Assembly (NCBI GenBank): GCA_949358305.1
Contig: OX442314.1
Location: forward strand, 1,674,001 to 1,738,000
Direction of reading: 5' to 3'
From: Strigamia acuminata
Taxonomy: Eukaryota
DNA length: 64,000 nucleotides
In this document: in pieces, positions 36,130 through 47,349 of the stretch
Numbering within the stretch: position 1 is the first letter of the stretch
Layout of the letters: each line of letters opens with the position of its first letter
The notes under the pieces: generated by a model
The model's input: only the letters and a program-made list of their open reading frames with translations
Databases searched by the model: none
What the model was told of the DNA's origin: nothing
Position numbers and translations under genes: made by a program

Positions 36130-39100
36130 CTATTTGTCTATCACAAAAATGTACTCGCACAGCGCGTTCAACCGGGACTTTGCTAACCATTTCGTTAGGA
36201 TATCCGCGACATTTAATTCGCCGGAAACATGCTCGATCAAAAACGTTCCTTTCTCAAACCAATCTCTAACGAAATGGAGCTTCACGTCTATATGTTTATT
36301 TGCCCTGTTCTCGATCCTATTCTTACAGTATTGGATAGCCGGCTGGCTATCCGCAAAAACACAGGGCGTATTTCGCTCGAGACAAAACATTATCTTCGCG
36401 TCGTAAAGGCGCTCGAGCCAAATAACTTCTTTCACCCCATCGACCACGGCGAGAAATTCGCTCTCCATGATTGACAGGGAGGTCATCGATTGTTTGTGGC
36501 AATTCCACGAGATGGGAATGCCACCCATATAGACAATATGTCCCCCAAAGCTTCGTCGTCTGTCTTGATCTAGGGCAAACGACGCGTCGGTGTAAACTGT
36601 CAAATTCTCGTTTTTACAGTTCGATAAGTTAATCGAATAATTCGACGTGGTGGCCAAATATCGCAGGACCTGCAGTAACATATTGACATGGCGCGTCGAA
36701 TGCGTCTCGTTATACTGGGAAAGCACTATTACTGAAAACAGTATGTCGGGTCTGGTTCGGCTGGCGATGAACAACAGACTTCCGACCAGAGATCTGTACG
36801 GGAATGAGGTGTCGACCCTTTCTCCGGTTCTTACACTTTGAATCATGGTTCCCGGGGTTACTGGAACCTTTACTCGATGGCACGAGTCAATCCCGTACGC
36901 TTTACAAAGCTTTTCAATATATTTCCGTTGGTGGATTTTAATCATGCCCCCGGACCTATCAAACTCGATTCCTAAAAGTAAAGTTACGGGTCCCAGACTC
37001 ACTACTTCAAACGATTCCCGTAACCACTTCAAAACGCATTGTTCCACATAGTCATCCTTCGAGAACAGCACGATATCGTCCACGTAGAAGATGACTATCG
37101 CGTCGTTGTCTAGGGCATAGACACAGTTTAAACCCAACAACGGTTGAAAGCCCAATTCAAGTAGTCGTATGTGGAGGACCTGGTACCACATACGACCGGA
37201 CTGGTGTAATCCATAAAGTGCTTTTAAAAGCATCCAGCATTTATGCTTATTATGGGCGGTACGATATCCCTTGGGGATCTCCATGTACTGTACCGTATCG
37301 AGGTCCCCGTAAAGGTACGCGGCCTTGATATCCAGGTGTAAATCCCGCCATCCCTTGAGTATCACCAAAGTGCAAAAGAACACTATCACTAGCACAAAGT
37401 TGACGACAGGGGAGAACACCTCCGTAAAGTCAACTCCGGGCTTTTGCTTAAAGCCCTGTGCGACGAGTCGGGCTCGGTAGCGTTGGATAACACCCGTGTG
37501 GTCGCGCTTCATTTTGTATATCCATTTCGATCCCAAGAGAGTCGTACCCTCGTCTAAAGTTGTTTTGTCAACTTCCTTGTAAACCGTTCTTTCATCGAAC
37601 ACATCAATTTCCTCTCTCATGGCTTTTATCCAATCAGGACGCTTGATGTGGTACATGGCTTCTTCGTAGGTTTCTGGCTCGACGGCACAGAAACCTGCAA
37701 ACCCTAACGGTTCACCGTCCCCCTCTAATGTCTTAAAGTCAAATAAGGTCGCATCATATGCGTACCCTTCTTCATCGCACCACCGTGCGATATCAACTCG
37801 ACTTCTTATCTTGTCCTTCAAGGGCGTGATGTAAACAACATCTATTTGTCCCGCCGTCGCTCCGTCTCTACGGACGGATGCGCGTCGTTCCCATTCCGCC
37901 ATGTTTAACGGCAGTAGTTCCGGATGCAACATCACGTTCCCTTGCTTTTTCTTTGATCGTGATCCACGCCGTGTTTGAATCCCAGGAGGAATTTCAGGTT
38001 CCCTATCATTGTCAGGATAGATGTTGAAGTAATTCACATCATCCCCCTTCGCCCCACCAATTTCTTCAACAGGCTCATCCTCTGTATCCCCGTCCCCAAG
38101 AATAGGGTTCCCCTCAACGGGCATGAGTGGGGGTTGCTGAGCTGCCTGTTTAGGGACTGGCCTCAATTCAGGTCTAAGAGTAGGCTTTGGGGTCGTGGGC
38201 AATGCGGGTTTCACTTTTTGTTGCGGAACAGGCTGTGGAACTTCCTGTATCGCAGGAGGGGGTTCCGGAATCTCCGGAACTTCTAGGACCTCCGGGATCC
38301 CCGGAGCCTTCTGAATTATCGGGTCGCCAGCAACACTGTCGTCGTCAGAAAATGACCCATTGAACGAGTCCGAACTCGAAGTATCAAAGTCATTCTCCAA
38401 TTCAGGCGACGTGACCGTTCCTAATTCAAACCAGAAATTGTTTTCAAAAATTTTGACGTGTTTAGATAAAAACACCTGATTTTTATTCGGATCCCAAATT
38501 CTATAGCCGCGTGTAGAAGCGGCGTATCCAATTAATGCCCCAGCCCATGCCCTGTCTTGTAATTTCCCACCCCGAGTCTGAGATGGGATATGGACATAAG
38601 TCAATGAGCCAATGCACTTGACATGGCGAAGAGACAATTTCTTATTGTAAAACACAGAATAAGGTGTTTTCCCACCAATTCCCGTATGTGGAAAACGGTT
38701 TTTCAGATATACAACTGAAACGGCAAGCTCTGCCCATAAAGTGGCGGGAAATTTATTCTCAAAAAGAAGTGCCCGAGTACCATTAAGAATGGTACGGTTC
38801 GCCCGTTCGGCGACCGAATTCATTTCTGGGCTGTATGCATTAGTCCTCATACACTTAAGCCCAATTGTTGCCACATAATCGTCCCATTGTCTAGATATGA
38901 ACTCCCCTCCATTATCAGTTTTTATAGCCTTCACCTTCTTAGAGGTCGTTCGCTCAACTTCAAGTAGCCACCGCTTGAAATGTCCTAAAACGTCACTTTT
39001 CCGTTTCATGATAATTATCCACATAAAGCGGGAAAAATCATCGATGAGAATGAGATAATAGTACGCCCCACCCAACGTTTGAACTGGAGCGGGGCCCCAC

Positions 39101-41046
39101 ACGTCTAAGTGCACTATTTCCAAAATACTTTTTGTCGTAATTCCAATTATTGGGGGAAAACTGGCACGTGTACTCTTCGCCCTGGCGCAAAAGTCACACG
39201 TCGACAACTCCTTATTCGAGAGTTTCAGCCCAAAAACATCAGTTGACTTCTCTAAACCCGCAATTCCCTTTGCATTTAAATGCCCTAAGCGGGAGTGCCA
39301 AATGTCCATCGTTTGAGCCTTATCTTTCTTGTCAAAAGTTTTAACCCCATTAGTAGAATTATTCCCATTCTCTGCTTTGTTCTGCACAATTGAACTTGCC
39401 TCCTTAGAGGCATTGGCAGTCTTTGCCTTAATTTTATTCGAAACATTCGCTTGCGCATTAGTCGTAACATTCGCAGGCGCGTTGTTCGCAACACTCGCTT
39501 GCCCCTTTATCGCTGGTGCAGGTTTCCCTGACTCACTCGAATTTTGGGTTAATGCGTCCTTAAAACTAGGGTATGTTAGTATCGAATTTACAACTTCATC
39601 GCCTTTTATAAGCGGACTAGAAGACACTGTCGCAGCCTGTTGCGCAGGTAATGCGGCAGTGTTCACAGGAGAAATACGACAATTGACCTTATACATCCGA
39701 TCACTCGTGCGTTCCGCAGTGATGGAAGGGTCATCAATTTTGTCGTTATAAATAACCATTTTGCCATTTTTAATCATGGTCGTTGCCCCAGCTTCATCCG
39801 TGCGACCCAACGAAATCAAATTCTTCCTAAAGTTGGGTGCATAAAATACATTTTGCAATGTAAGTGCACGGGTGCGGGTTCCGTAAATCGATGTCAATGT
39901 CACATTTCCTATTCCTTCGATTCTCGACTTTCCTTCTCCCTGTTGCACGTGGCCAGTTAATGGCTTGAAGTCGGAGAACCAGTCTTTGTTGAAGGAGAAA
40001 TGGTCCGTCGCCCCTGTGTCGACGTACCATTGCGAATCATAATTCGCGTGAGACACGTGGGAAGCCGGCACAGGGGGTTGCTGTTGAAGCCAAATCGCCG
40101 CAGAGTAATAAGAGACTGGAGAGTCGCTGAATATGTCAGCCTGTGTGACAGCGGCCTTTTGCTGGCCCCTTCCACGTCCCTTGCCCCGTGGATTGCCTCT
40201 AAATTGTCCAGTTTGGTTCCCTTTTGGTTGGAATTGCTGTTTCGGCGGAGTAGGGCATTCACGGGCGAAGTGGCCCGTCCCACCGCAAGTAAAACAGATG
40301 CGTGGGCCGCCGGGTGCATTGCCACCACGTCCACGTTGTCTTCCGCCTTGGTTAAAGAAAGCGCCAGTGCTCTCCAATGGCGTCTTGGAAGGCACGCCAA
40401 ACTCGTCGGTCGTTACGTGTAAGCGGTTGTATTCGCCTACCAGGCGTTCCTTGACCGCTGCTGCCGTGAACTCTGCGTCACCCCAGTGATAAACCGTCTG
40501 CTTGACCGGTTCGTATTGGGGTGGCAACAGGTCGAGGTATTGAAAGGCGTGAAACTCGTCCGTAATGTTTATCTTGACGTCGGCAAGTTGCACGACCTTT
40601 CGGTCAACTCGTGCGGTGAAAACAAACATCTCTTCGTTTTCATGCAACCGCATGTCCAAAAATTCCCGGCGAAGACGGGCTTTACGTGCCCGTGTCGTGG
40701 GCTGGTAGGCAGCTTTCAGTGCCTCCCACACCTCCTTCGCAGTAGCGTGGGCGACAGCCACAACCTGTTGGGCCTCGCCACACGCCAGACAAATGGTGGA
40801 GCGAGCCCTTTCCTCGCCTTTCTCGAAATCCCTTGTCTCTCGAAACGGTGATCCGGCCGGCGGCTCTTTCGTCTTGCCGGTCACGTGGCCCCAAACTCCG
40901 TACGATTGGAGAAGGAGCTGGACTTGTACGCTCCAAGTCGGGTAGTTGGTTCCGTCCAACTTTTTCACGTCCTTGTAATCATCATGGCGATCGTAGGACG
41001 CCATTTCGGGAAATTTGCGACGAAATTTAGTGAAGAACCGAAGCAC
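36130..41046 (-). CDS. Copia gag-pol polyprotein (1638 aa): gag, CCHC knuckle, protease, integrase, MBD, RT, RNase H
   Basis: Motifs KLDGTNYPTW, CFTCGGTGHFAREC, WYVDTGATDH, WHSRLGH, HLDVWGP, TDNGGEF, ARLVAQGF, YVDD, YTDASFA, NVADILTK; uninterrupted ORF. Confidence 0.96.
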   Translation of the reverse strand: MLRFFTKFRRKFPEMASYDRHDDYKDVKKLDGTNYPTWSVQVQLLLQSYGVWGHVTGKTKEPPAGSPFRETRDFEKGEERARSTICLACGEAQQVVAVAHATAKEVWEALKAAYQPTTRARKARLRREFLDMRLHENEEMFVFTARVDRKVVQLADVKINITDEFHAFQYLDLLPPQYEPVKQTVYHWGDAEFTAAAVKERLVGEYNRLHVTTDEFGVPSKTPLESTGAFFNQGGRQRGRGGNAPGGPRICFTCGGTGHFARECPTPPKQQFQPKGNQTGQFRGNPRGKGRGRGQQKAAVTQADIFSDSPVSYYSAAIWLQQQPPVPASHVSHANYDSQWYVDTGATDHFSFNKDWFSDFKPLTGHVQQGEGKSRIEGIGNVTLTSIYGTRTRALTLQNVFYAPNFRKNLISLGRTDEAGATTMIKNGKMVIYNDKIDDPSITAERTSDRMYKVNCRISPVNTAALPAQQAATVSSSPLIKGDEVVNSILTYPSFKDALTQNSSESGKPAPAIKGQASVANNAPANVTTNAQANVSNKIKAKTANASKEASSIVQNKAENGNNSTNGVKTFDKKDKAQTMDIWHSRLGHLNAKGIAGLEKSTDVFGLKLSNKELSTCDFCARAKSTRASFPPIIGITTKSILEIVHLDVWGPAPVQTLGGAYYYLILIDDFSRFMWIIIMKRKSDVLGHFKRWLLEVERTTSKKVKAIKTDNGGEFISRQWDDYVATIGLKCMRTNAYSPEMNSVAERANRTILNGTRALLFENKFPATLWAELAVSVVYLKNRFPHTGIGGKTPYSVFYNKKLSLRHVKCIGSLTYVHIPSQTRGGKLQDRAWAGALIGYAASTRGYRIWDPNKNQVFLSKHVKIFENNFWFELGTVTSPELENDFDTSSSDSFNGSFSDDDSVAGDPIIQKAPGIPEVLEVPEIPEPPPAIQEVPQPVPQQKVKPALPTTPKPTLRPELRPVPKQAAQQPPLMPVEGNPILGDGDTEDEPVEEIGGAKGDDVNYFNIYPDNDREPEIPPGIQTRRGSRSKKKQGNVMLHPELLPLNMAEWERRASVRRDGATAGQIDVVYITPLKDKIRSRVDIARWCDEEGYAYDATLFDFKTLEGDGEPLGFAGFCAVEPETYEEAMYHIKRPDWIKAMREEIDVFDERTVYKEVDKTTLDEGTTLLGSKWIYKMKRDHTGVIQRYRARLVAQGFKQKPGVDFTEVFSPVVNFVLVIVFFCTLVILKGWRDLHLDIKAAYLYGDLDTVQYMEIPKGYRTAHNKHKCWMLLKALYGLHQSGRMWYQVLHIRLLELGFQPLLGLNCVYALDNDAIVIFYVDDIVLFSKDDYVEQCVLKWLRESFEVVSLGPVTLLLGIEFDRSGGMIKIHQRKYIEKLCKAYGIDSCHRVKVPVTPGTMIQSVRTGERVDTSFPYRSLVGSLLFIASRTRPDILFSVIVLSQYNETHSTRHVNMLLQVLRYLATTSNYSINLSNCKNENLTVYTDASFALDQDRRRSFGGHIVYMGGIPISWNCHKQSMTSLSIMESEFLAVVDGVKEVIWLERLYDAKIMFCLERNTPCVFADSQPAIQYCKNRIENRANKHIDVKLHFVRDWFEKGTFLIEHVSGELNVADILTKWLAKSRLNALCEYIFVIDK
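37735..37914 (-). other. Methyl-CpG-binding domain (MBD) inside Copia pol
   Basis: LPLNMAEWERRASVRRDGATAGQIDVVYITPLKDKIRSRVDIARWCDEEGYAYDATLFDF is collinear with the MeCP2/MBD pattern LP.GW.R....R.SG..AG..DVY...P.G..FRS..EL..Y........FDF. Confidence 0.9.
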
Positions 41047-42591
41047 CAGTCACACAAACCACGTAAATTCGTCGCACGGATGTACAAATAGCCCCCAAAA
41101 GGCAAGGAGAGCAATACACACTTCCCGGGGGTCAATCCTTTTAAGAAGGAGAAAATACTTCAACTGGGTACTCTACCAGCTTCCGATCGAGTCACCTAGT
41201 GCCCGCGGGACGGCTGGCTTGCCACGAGACAGCCCCAGTTGAAAATGAGACTCCACTTGGGTGAATACCCGAAGGGTGGAGAATATACTAAATATCCCAC
41301 AACAAAAACCTTAATTTCTAACAGAGTTTCACGACAGTAAATTATATTACACTTTTTGATGTGAAGCTGGTAAAGTTGCGGCGAATTGCGGGTGCAAAGC
41401 GTCGCAATAACGTCCTTCGAGAACGAAACGTTGCTCCCACGTCGTCGTACGCACGGAAAATGGGCTGTCGTGCCGTCCGCGTGCACACTTCCGTGCGATC
41501 GCGGGAAAATCAACGTCGCGCTCGTCCGCGCCTTCGTGAGACGAACTCCGGGGTCCGAAACACGGAAAATAACGCCTGCACACACGCTTAACGTGTGCAG
41601 GACTTCTCGGTGACCGCAGACTTCTCTGCGTGTTGCAAAAATCGTCGTTCGCGACGAAAATCTCAAAAAGAAAATGGCCGCCGTCGCGAAAATCTTCCGT
41701 GATGGCGTTCAAACGTGCTTATTTCGCACGAAAATCGACAAAATAATGTCCTACCGTCGTTTGTATCCTTGTTGTGTGCTTATTTGTGCACACAACACTG
41801 ATGAAAATTCCCACGAAGTGATTCTCGTCGCACACACACGTAGAAATTCTCGAAGCACAAATCTCGACCGTCGTTTATTTGCACGACGTCGAGGCGACGA
41901 AAAACATAAATTTCCGAACCAAAAACGTATCCAAACGATCCGCTAGTGTCGAAGAATCGTCCGCACACGTTGTCACGACGATTCTGCGATGAAATCCGCA
42001 CCGAAAACTCGTTTTTACGACGAGCTGGGCGGGCGCACACTCGGCGACTTCTCGTAGTCGCAAAATGGCCGTTTCTTCTCCAAAAACGTCGTTGCCAGAT
42101 CGTTTTTACCCTCTGCTACCACTTTGAAGAGTTGTGATGGCCTGTGCGCTGCAGAAATAACTGGAAACATTATTTTGGCTGGGCGGATAAATCGGACACG
42201 CGTCCGCCATCTTTTATTACAAAAGTTGTAGAAAAAATCACTTGAGTTCGAGGCTAATTGTCCTCGATCTCGTACAAAACAAAAGACAGAACGAATCATT
42301 GTCTTTACACAATGATCCATTCTTTACATTAAGAGCAGGCCAAGTTAATCAATAAACTTGATCCAAAACAAAGCAAACAGTAAGTGCTCTTTAGAGCGGA
42401 TGACAATGTGAGATGTGTTATCGCAAATAATGATCGGTCGCGGTACCGTAACACGCATTGAATAAAAACCAGGATTGACCGATCACATGAACAGGTCTAG
42501 AAGCAATAACACATCAAATGCACTAAGCCGTAAAGGTGCATTTAACTTCACACGCGCGCACGGGGACAAACAGCAAAACATCAACCCAACA

Positions 42592-42878
42592 TACCTGCCT
42601 AAGTCGGCTTTTGATGCGGCCAAGCGGTCCTCCAGTGCGTCGAGTGCTAGCACGGTGTCGTCAATCTCCTGGTCGCTTCTTGCTTGGTCCAGTGTGGCGT
42701 CAAACGTTAGTTGCACTCGCTTCTGCTTTTGTTCGAGCTGTTGCAGCCATAATTCAATTGTGGCTTGCGGAATTGCAGCTCTCCCATTCAGCGCAGTGGT
42801 GATCGTGGTCAGGAGTGTTTCTGTGACCATCATGGCCGCTCGGAATGCTTTGTTCTTTAACTCGAAATTTCTCACCAT
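42592..42878 (-). CDS. BEL/Pao gag N-terminal part
   Basis: Removing the Copia and one TSD joins ..KADLGRY to TQMNYPP in frame (98 codons before the ATG at 35633). Confidence 0.85.
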
Positions 42879-43759
42879 TTTAGTAGATTTGTTAGATAAA
42901 TTCGGAATTTAAAATGTTCCCGGGTTTCGGCACCAATGTTAAACTTGAAGTAAATAAAAAGATATTCAAAGTTTACCAATCAATTTCTAAAGTCCTTGAC
43001 TACAAGTGAATGTAACAGTTGAAAATCGCGTTGAAGTCCAAAATGGCGTTGGAGTATAAAGGAGCACGACCACACAGTTTTAGTTGAAAAAGTACACTGA
43101 GTTTATTCTATTCATAAAAGGAAAAGGAAATGCAAATGACACGGTTCACAGAACCAATCACAAGCATCGGTAAGATAGGGGAATGACGTGTTCAGGTGGA
43201 GGAATGCAAACGGATTAAAAAGGATTAACAATTTGAGATTCCAATAAAAATGAACAGGTCAGAACATACAAATGAAAGTAAAAGACATATTATAACAAAT
43301 TAGCAAAATCACAAATTCAATATCAAATTCTCGAACAAAAAATGGAAATACAAAGTAACAATATAAATTCAACAATATTAATACGACTCAAATAACAATT
43401 CACACGTAAAATCATCCGATTTTCACACTAATAAAATGGATGAGAACAATATTTTGTTTTGTTTAAAACAAAACAAATAGAACAACGGTCATCTCATAAC
43501 TTTTGGCTTCCATTTCTAAATCTAGGCCTAAAAGCCTATTTCGGGTTCTTCTTGCAACAAATGTTTTTTTGACTTTTTTGACTTTTCGACCTTTCTGTTT
43601 TAGATAACGGCTCGAACTTGATCGCATCAAATTTCCAGGTGAACGTACGAGTAATTCGTGCAACAGCCGTTCTAACTTGCCGTTTTTATTCACAGAGTGG
43701 AACAGTTATGGATATCAACGAAAAAGCACACTGATTTAGTAGTTTAAGAATGAAAAACG

Positions 43760-46635
43760 ATGAAAAAAGTTAAATTTTATAAATCCCGCCACAGCAGCGA
43801 CGATGACGACGAAGACGGAGACGATGACACCACCGACGACGATGACAACGAAGACGGAGACGGAGACGACGACATTCCGTACATTCCCGGGATGATCGCA
43901 GTTCCGCCCGCGCCACACGACGCAGTTGAAGAAAACAGCGACGAAGACGAAGACGAAGACAGAGACGAAGACGAAGACGAAGACGACGAGGAAGACTACA
44001 TTCCATACATGCCCGGCATGATCGCCGTTGCGCCCGCGCCACAGCACGAAGTTGAAGAGAACGACATCACAGAAGTATTTCGTCGTAAATTAATCCAAAC
44101 TATCAAACAAAATAATTAAAATGAATATAATTTGTATGTAGGAAGTGACTAATATCATTAACGGGCTTCGAGTGCTCCACCCGGATTTCTTGGTGGATCG
44201 GAATGAAGTTTACGCGATGGTTGAAACCGTGAGTGCGAATCCCAACAGAAGAAACATCGTAATTGATCGTTTGATCGCCGAACGGCTAAAGCAACCCGAA
44301 CAAGCGCCGTTGCCCATCCCGGAAGAAAATCAACCGAACACGTTGAACGAATTGATCAACGATGTTGAGGTCGTGAGCAGATTCGTCCCGAACAAGAGCC
44401 GGGAGGAAATCCTCGCGTATCTGGAAGCTTTTCACGAAAATCCAAACCGGGTGCGCTTACGCTTAGTTGTCGGCGAGTTGCTCGATATGCACGGGATGGC
44501 GCCGTTTCCCGTGACGAACACAGCCAAGAATGCCGGGAATAACGGGCCGGAAGCAATCGCGTCCTCTTCAACGGAAAAGAATAACAATGTGTCGGCGACG
44601 ATGGAAAATGTCAACTCGATTTTGGAGCTCTTTCCGGACGCTGATCCCGAATACCTGCGCACTTTTCTGGAGAAAAAGAAGAACGATGTGAATTACATAA
44701 ACGCGAAGGTTAACGGGTGGTTGGAAAGTGGTTCGTATCCCAAGTTGGCCGAAGCTCAAAAGGCGGCGGTCAAGCGGAAATTTGTCAAAAGGTTTTCTAC
44801 TTATTTTGTTTATTTTGTTTCGTTTTTATGGTGTTTCTATGAACAAAGCGCTTTTAATGTTGTTTTTTTCATGATTTGTCGTTATTTGTATTGATTTTTG
44901 TCATCATTTTCCCCGAATTTATTTTGCAGCAAGTTCAGCGTTGAGGAATTCCTGGAGATGTTCCCAGACCCGGAGAACTACTTCAAAAACAACTACCGAG
45001 TCATGAGTGCACCTTACCGGTTGCACGTTGAATGCTACGTCAGTAACCAGTTCCGATACGCGTTCAAAAACGACTTGACGCAAGTGATGGAGAAACACCG
45101 CTTCCACCTCACGCCCATCATGAAAGAGATGAATGCGCTCTGGAACGTTTCGCCCACTGACGGTGAATTCATTAAACGGAAATAACAAATTGTGACTGTC
45201 TGGTCTCATCCAGGGCAACCTAGGGTCAAGATACGCTGGGGTGGGACGCATGCTCACGTAAATAAAGACAAGAGACTCCAGATTGTTGGGTTTGGTGACC
45301 TTTAATGTGCTGTCTAGTTGTTGGAGATCCCCGTCTAACTGCCCAATATTTTGGTCATAACTTACTTTTAATGATGCGGTTATTGTTGTTTTATTTACTT
45401 TATTTTAGCATTATTAGGTCTAATATTAGGCTTAATAATGATAATAACAACAGGAATCGCCTCCACAAGGGTAGGGCTGACCTCGGGTCCATTGAGCAGT
45501 GTGTGTCAGTGACGCTGGATACCCTTGGGTGGCCAAACGGTAACAAAATAATCAACTAATTCGATTAATTACAGAACCATTAATCAAGAAAAGAAGGGAG
45601 GCCGTGAGGAAAAAGAAGGTGAAGAGCCCCCTGAAAGTGATGCCACGACGAATCGACGAACTCTTCTACAAAGAGAAGTTCTTCATCGAGATGGAAGACA
45701 GGATCATTCGTACAGTTTAAAAAGCAAACATCGTGTCGTGTAAATACATGTCATTCTTTTTCTAGAATACAAGAAGGACAAGGAGGCAGAACGTCTGAGT
45801 AAAATCGAAGCGGCGAAGGCAAACGACGAACTGATGGAGTGCAGTTGCTGCTTCGAGAACGAAGTGCTCCTGGAGGACATGCTGCAGTGCACGGACGGGC
45901 ACTTGTTCTGCAGATTGTGCATCCGGCGCCACTTCCTGTGCCTCGAGCCGTACTGCGAGCACGAGTTTCCGCCCATCGTGCTGCAGGATGTGTTACCGCC
46001 CAATGTGTTTTCAAACGTCGTGCGCAAGATGCAGGAGGAGGAGATCCGCCGCGCTGACATCCCGGATCTCGAGTCGTGTCCTCACTGCCCGTTTTGCGCC
46101 ATCATTCCGGACGCGGACCTCAAGAACTTCCGCTGCCTGAACCCGGAATGTCTCAAAGTGACGTGCAGGTGACAAAGAAGAAAAAAGTAATAAACGAAAT
46201 GCTAATTTAGTTTGCAAATGAAGGTTGTGCAAGGAACCGAACCATCTCCCGCTGGACTGCGACAAGAAAAAATCCACCAAGAAGGCGAAACAAAAGTCCC
46301 ATCCGGAAGCGCAGGCGGTCGGGCTGCTCCACGACCCGACCAAAACGCCGTTCGCGGCCGTGCAGCAGGCCCAGCAAGAGTACGCGCAGGGCTTCATGCC
46401 AATGGTCAACGAACGTGGCCAAATTGACTTCCAGCGACTCACTCAGCAGCAGCAAGCCCAAGCTCAATTGATGGTTGCCGCCAACGCCAATGCCAACGGC
46501 ATCATCCGACCAGTACTACCTGCGCCAAGGCGTCTGCCCAGGCCTCCGCCCAGGCCTCCGCCCAGTTTTCTGTCCTGGCTTATGCCCAGTCCGCCAGGCA
46601 ACAACAGCAACAACCGGAAGAAGCGAGGCAAGTAG
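43760..46635 (+). CDS. RNF216-like copy C: open frame of about 715 aa lacking RING2. Exons 43760-44074, 44142-44791, 44930-45162, 45575-45709, 45766-46168, 46224-46635
   Basis: All splice sites intact, total 2148 nt, no premature stop. 33-nt deletion in RING1; the start of exon 6 is fused in frame to the middle of exon 7. Confidence 0.75.
45191..45545. mobile_element. Solo LTR in intron 3 of copy C
   Basis: TG..CA termini, AAAT on both sides. Confidence 0.72.
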
Positions 46636-47349
46636 TCGTCGTCGTCTTAATTCGTTTTTCTCTTTGGCATCCAAGGACGTTGTGAACACAAACAAATATC
46701 AATTTTTTTCATTGTTTGTTCTTTGAAATCGATGGATTGATTGATTGGTCCTCGTGTACATAAACAGAAATTCTATTTTACTTCTCAATTTTATTTTAAA
46801 TTCAGAATAAATGACGGTGAACTCGATTTGGAATTTGACTTTATGATTATTTACATGATTAGCACTTCACATCTTATCAATTCAATTTAATTTCCGCACG
46901 AGAAGAAGAATAATGTCAGAGCGCCATTTTTCAGTCGCGTCAGATGAACGTAGAAGATGAACAATATGATGAGCAAGACGACGAAGTACAAGATGAAACA
47001 CAAGATGAAGAACAGGACGATGAACAAGACTATGATTGCTTTAATGATTCCTTTGACGAGTCTTCAGATTGAAAAGTTTAGAAATTGTAAGTTTTTTTAA
47101 CTCAAGGTAGAGTAACAAACCCAAATGTTATTTCAATGTTTTTATTTCATTCCTCATGAGCTTTGACTTTTGCCCGATTTACATTTATTTTACACCATTT
47201 TCTAACATGGTTGATCTAAAAACAATGTGCAGCTATTCTAGAAGAAACTTATGCTCTGTTTTTGCATTTAAAGTGCATGTTTGGCTGCAATTTAAATGAT
47301 TTTTATTTTCACCCAACGTGTTATCGTTGTCACACGTCCGATGATTTTT

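Larger units (their letters stand above)
35646..42591 (-). mobile_element. Ty1/Copia LTR retrotransposon encoding an MBD, intact, nested in BEL gag
   Basis: 467-bp LTRs at 35646-36112 and 42125-42591, no mismatch seen by eye; TSD TACCT; PBS TGGTAGCAGAG (initiator tRNA-Met); PPT AAAGGGGGA next to the 3' LTR. Confidence 0.97.
30173..43427 (-). mobile_element. BEL/Pao LTR retrotransposon, full length, interrupted by a Copia
   Basis: 491-bp LTRs at 30173-30663 and 42937-43427 (TG..CA, about 4 mismatches by eye); 5-bp TSD CTAAT; PBS TGGTGCCGAAACCCGGGA complementary to the tRNA-Phe 3' end. Confidence 0.97.

Noticed and set aside
41196..42120. ORFs in the Copia 5' leader suggesting an extra gene
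   Set aside because: Short, inconsistent frames with no domain motifs; treated as untranslated leader.
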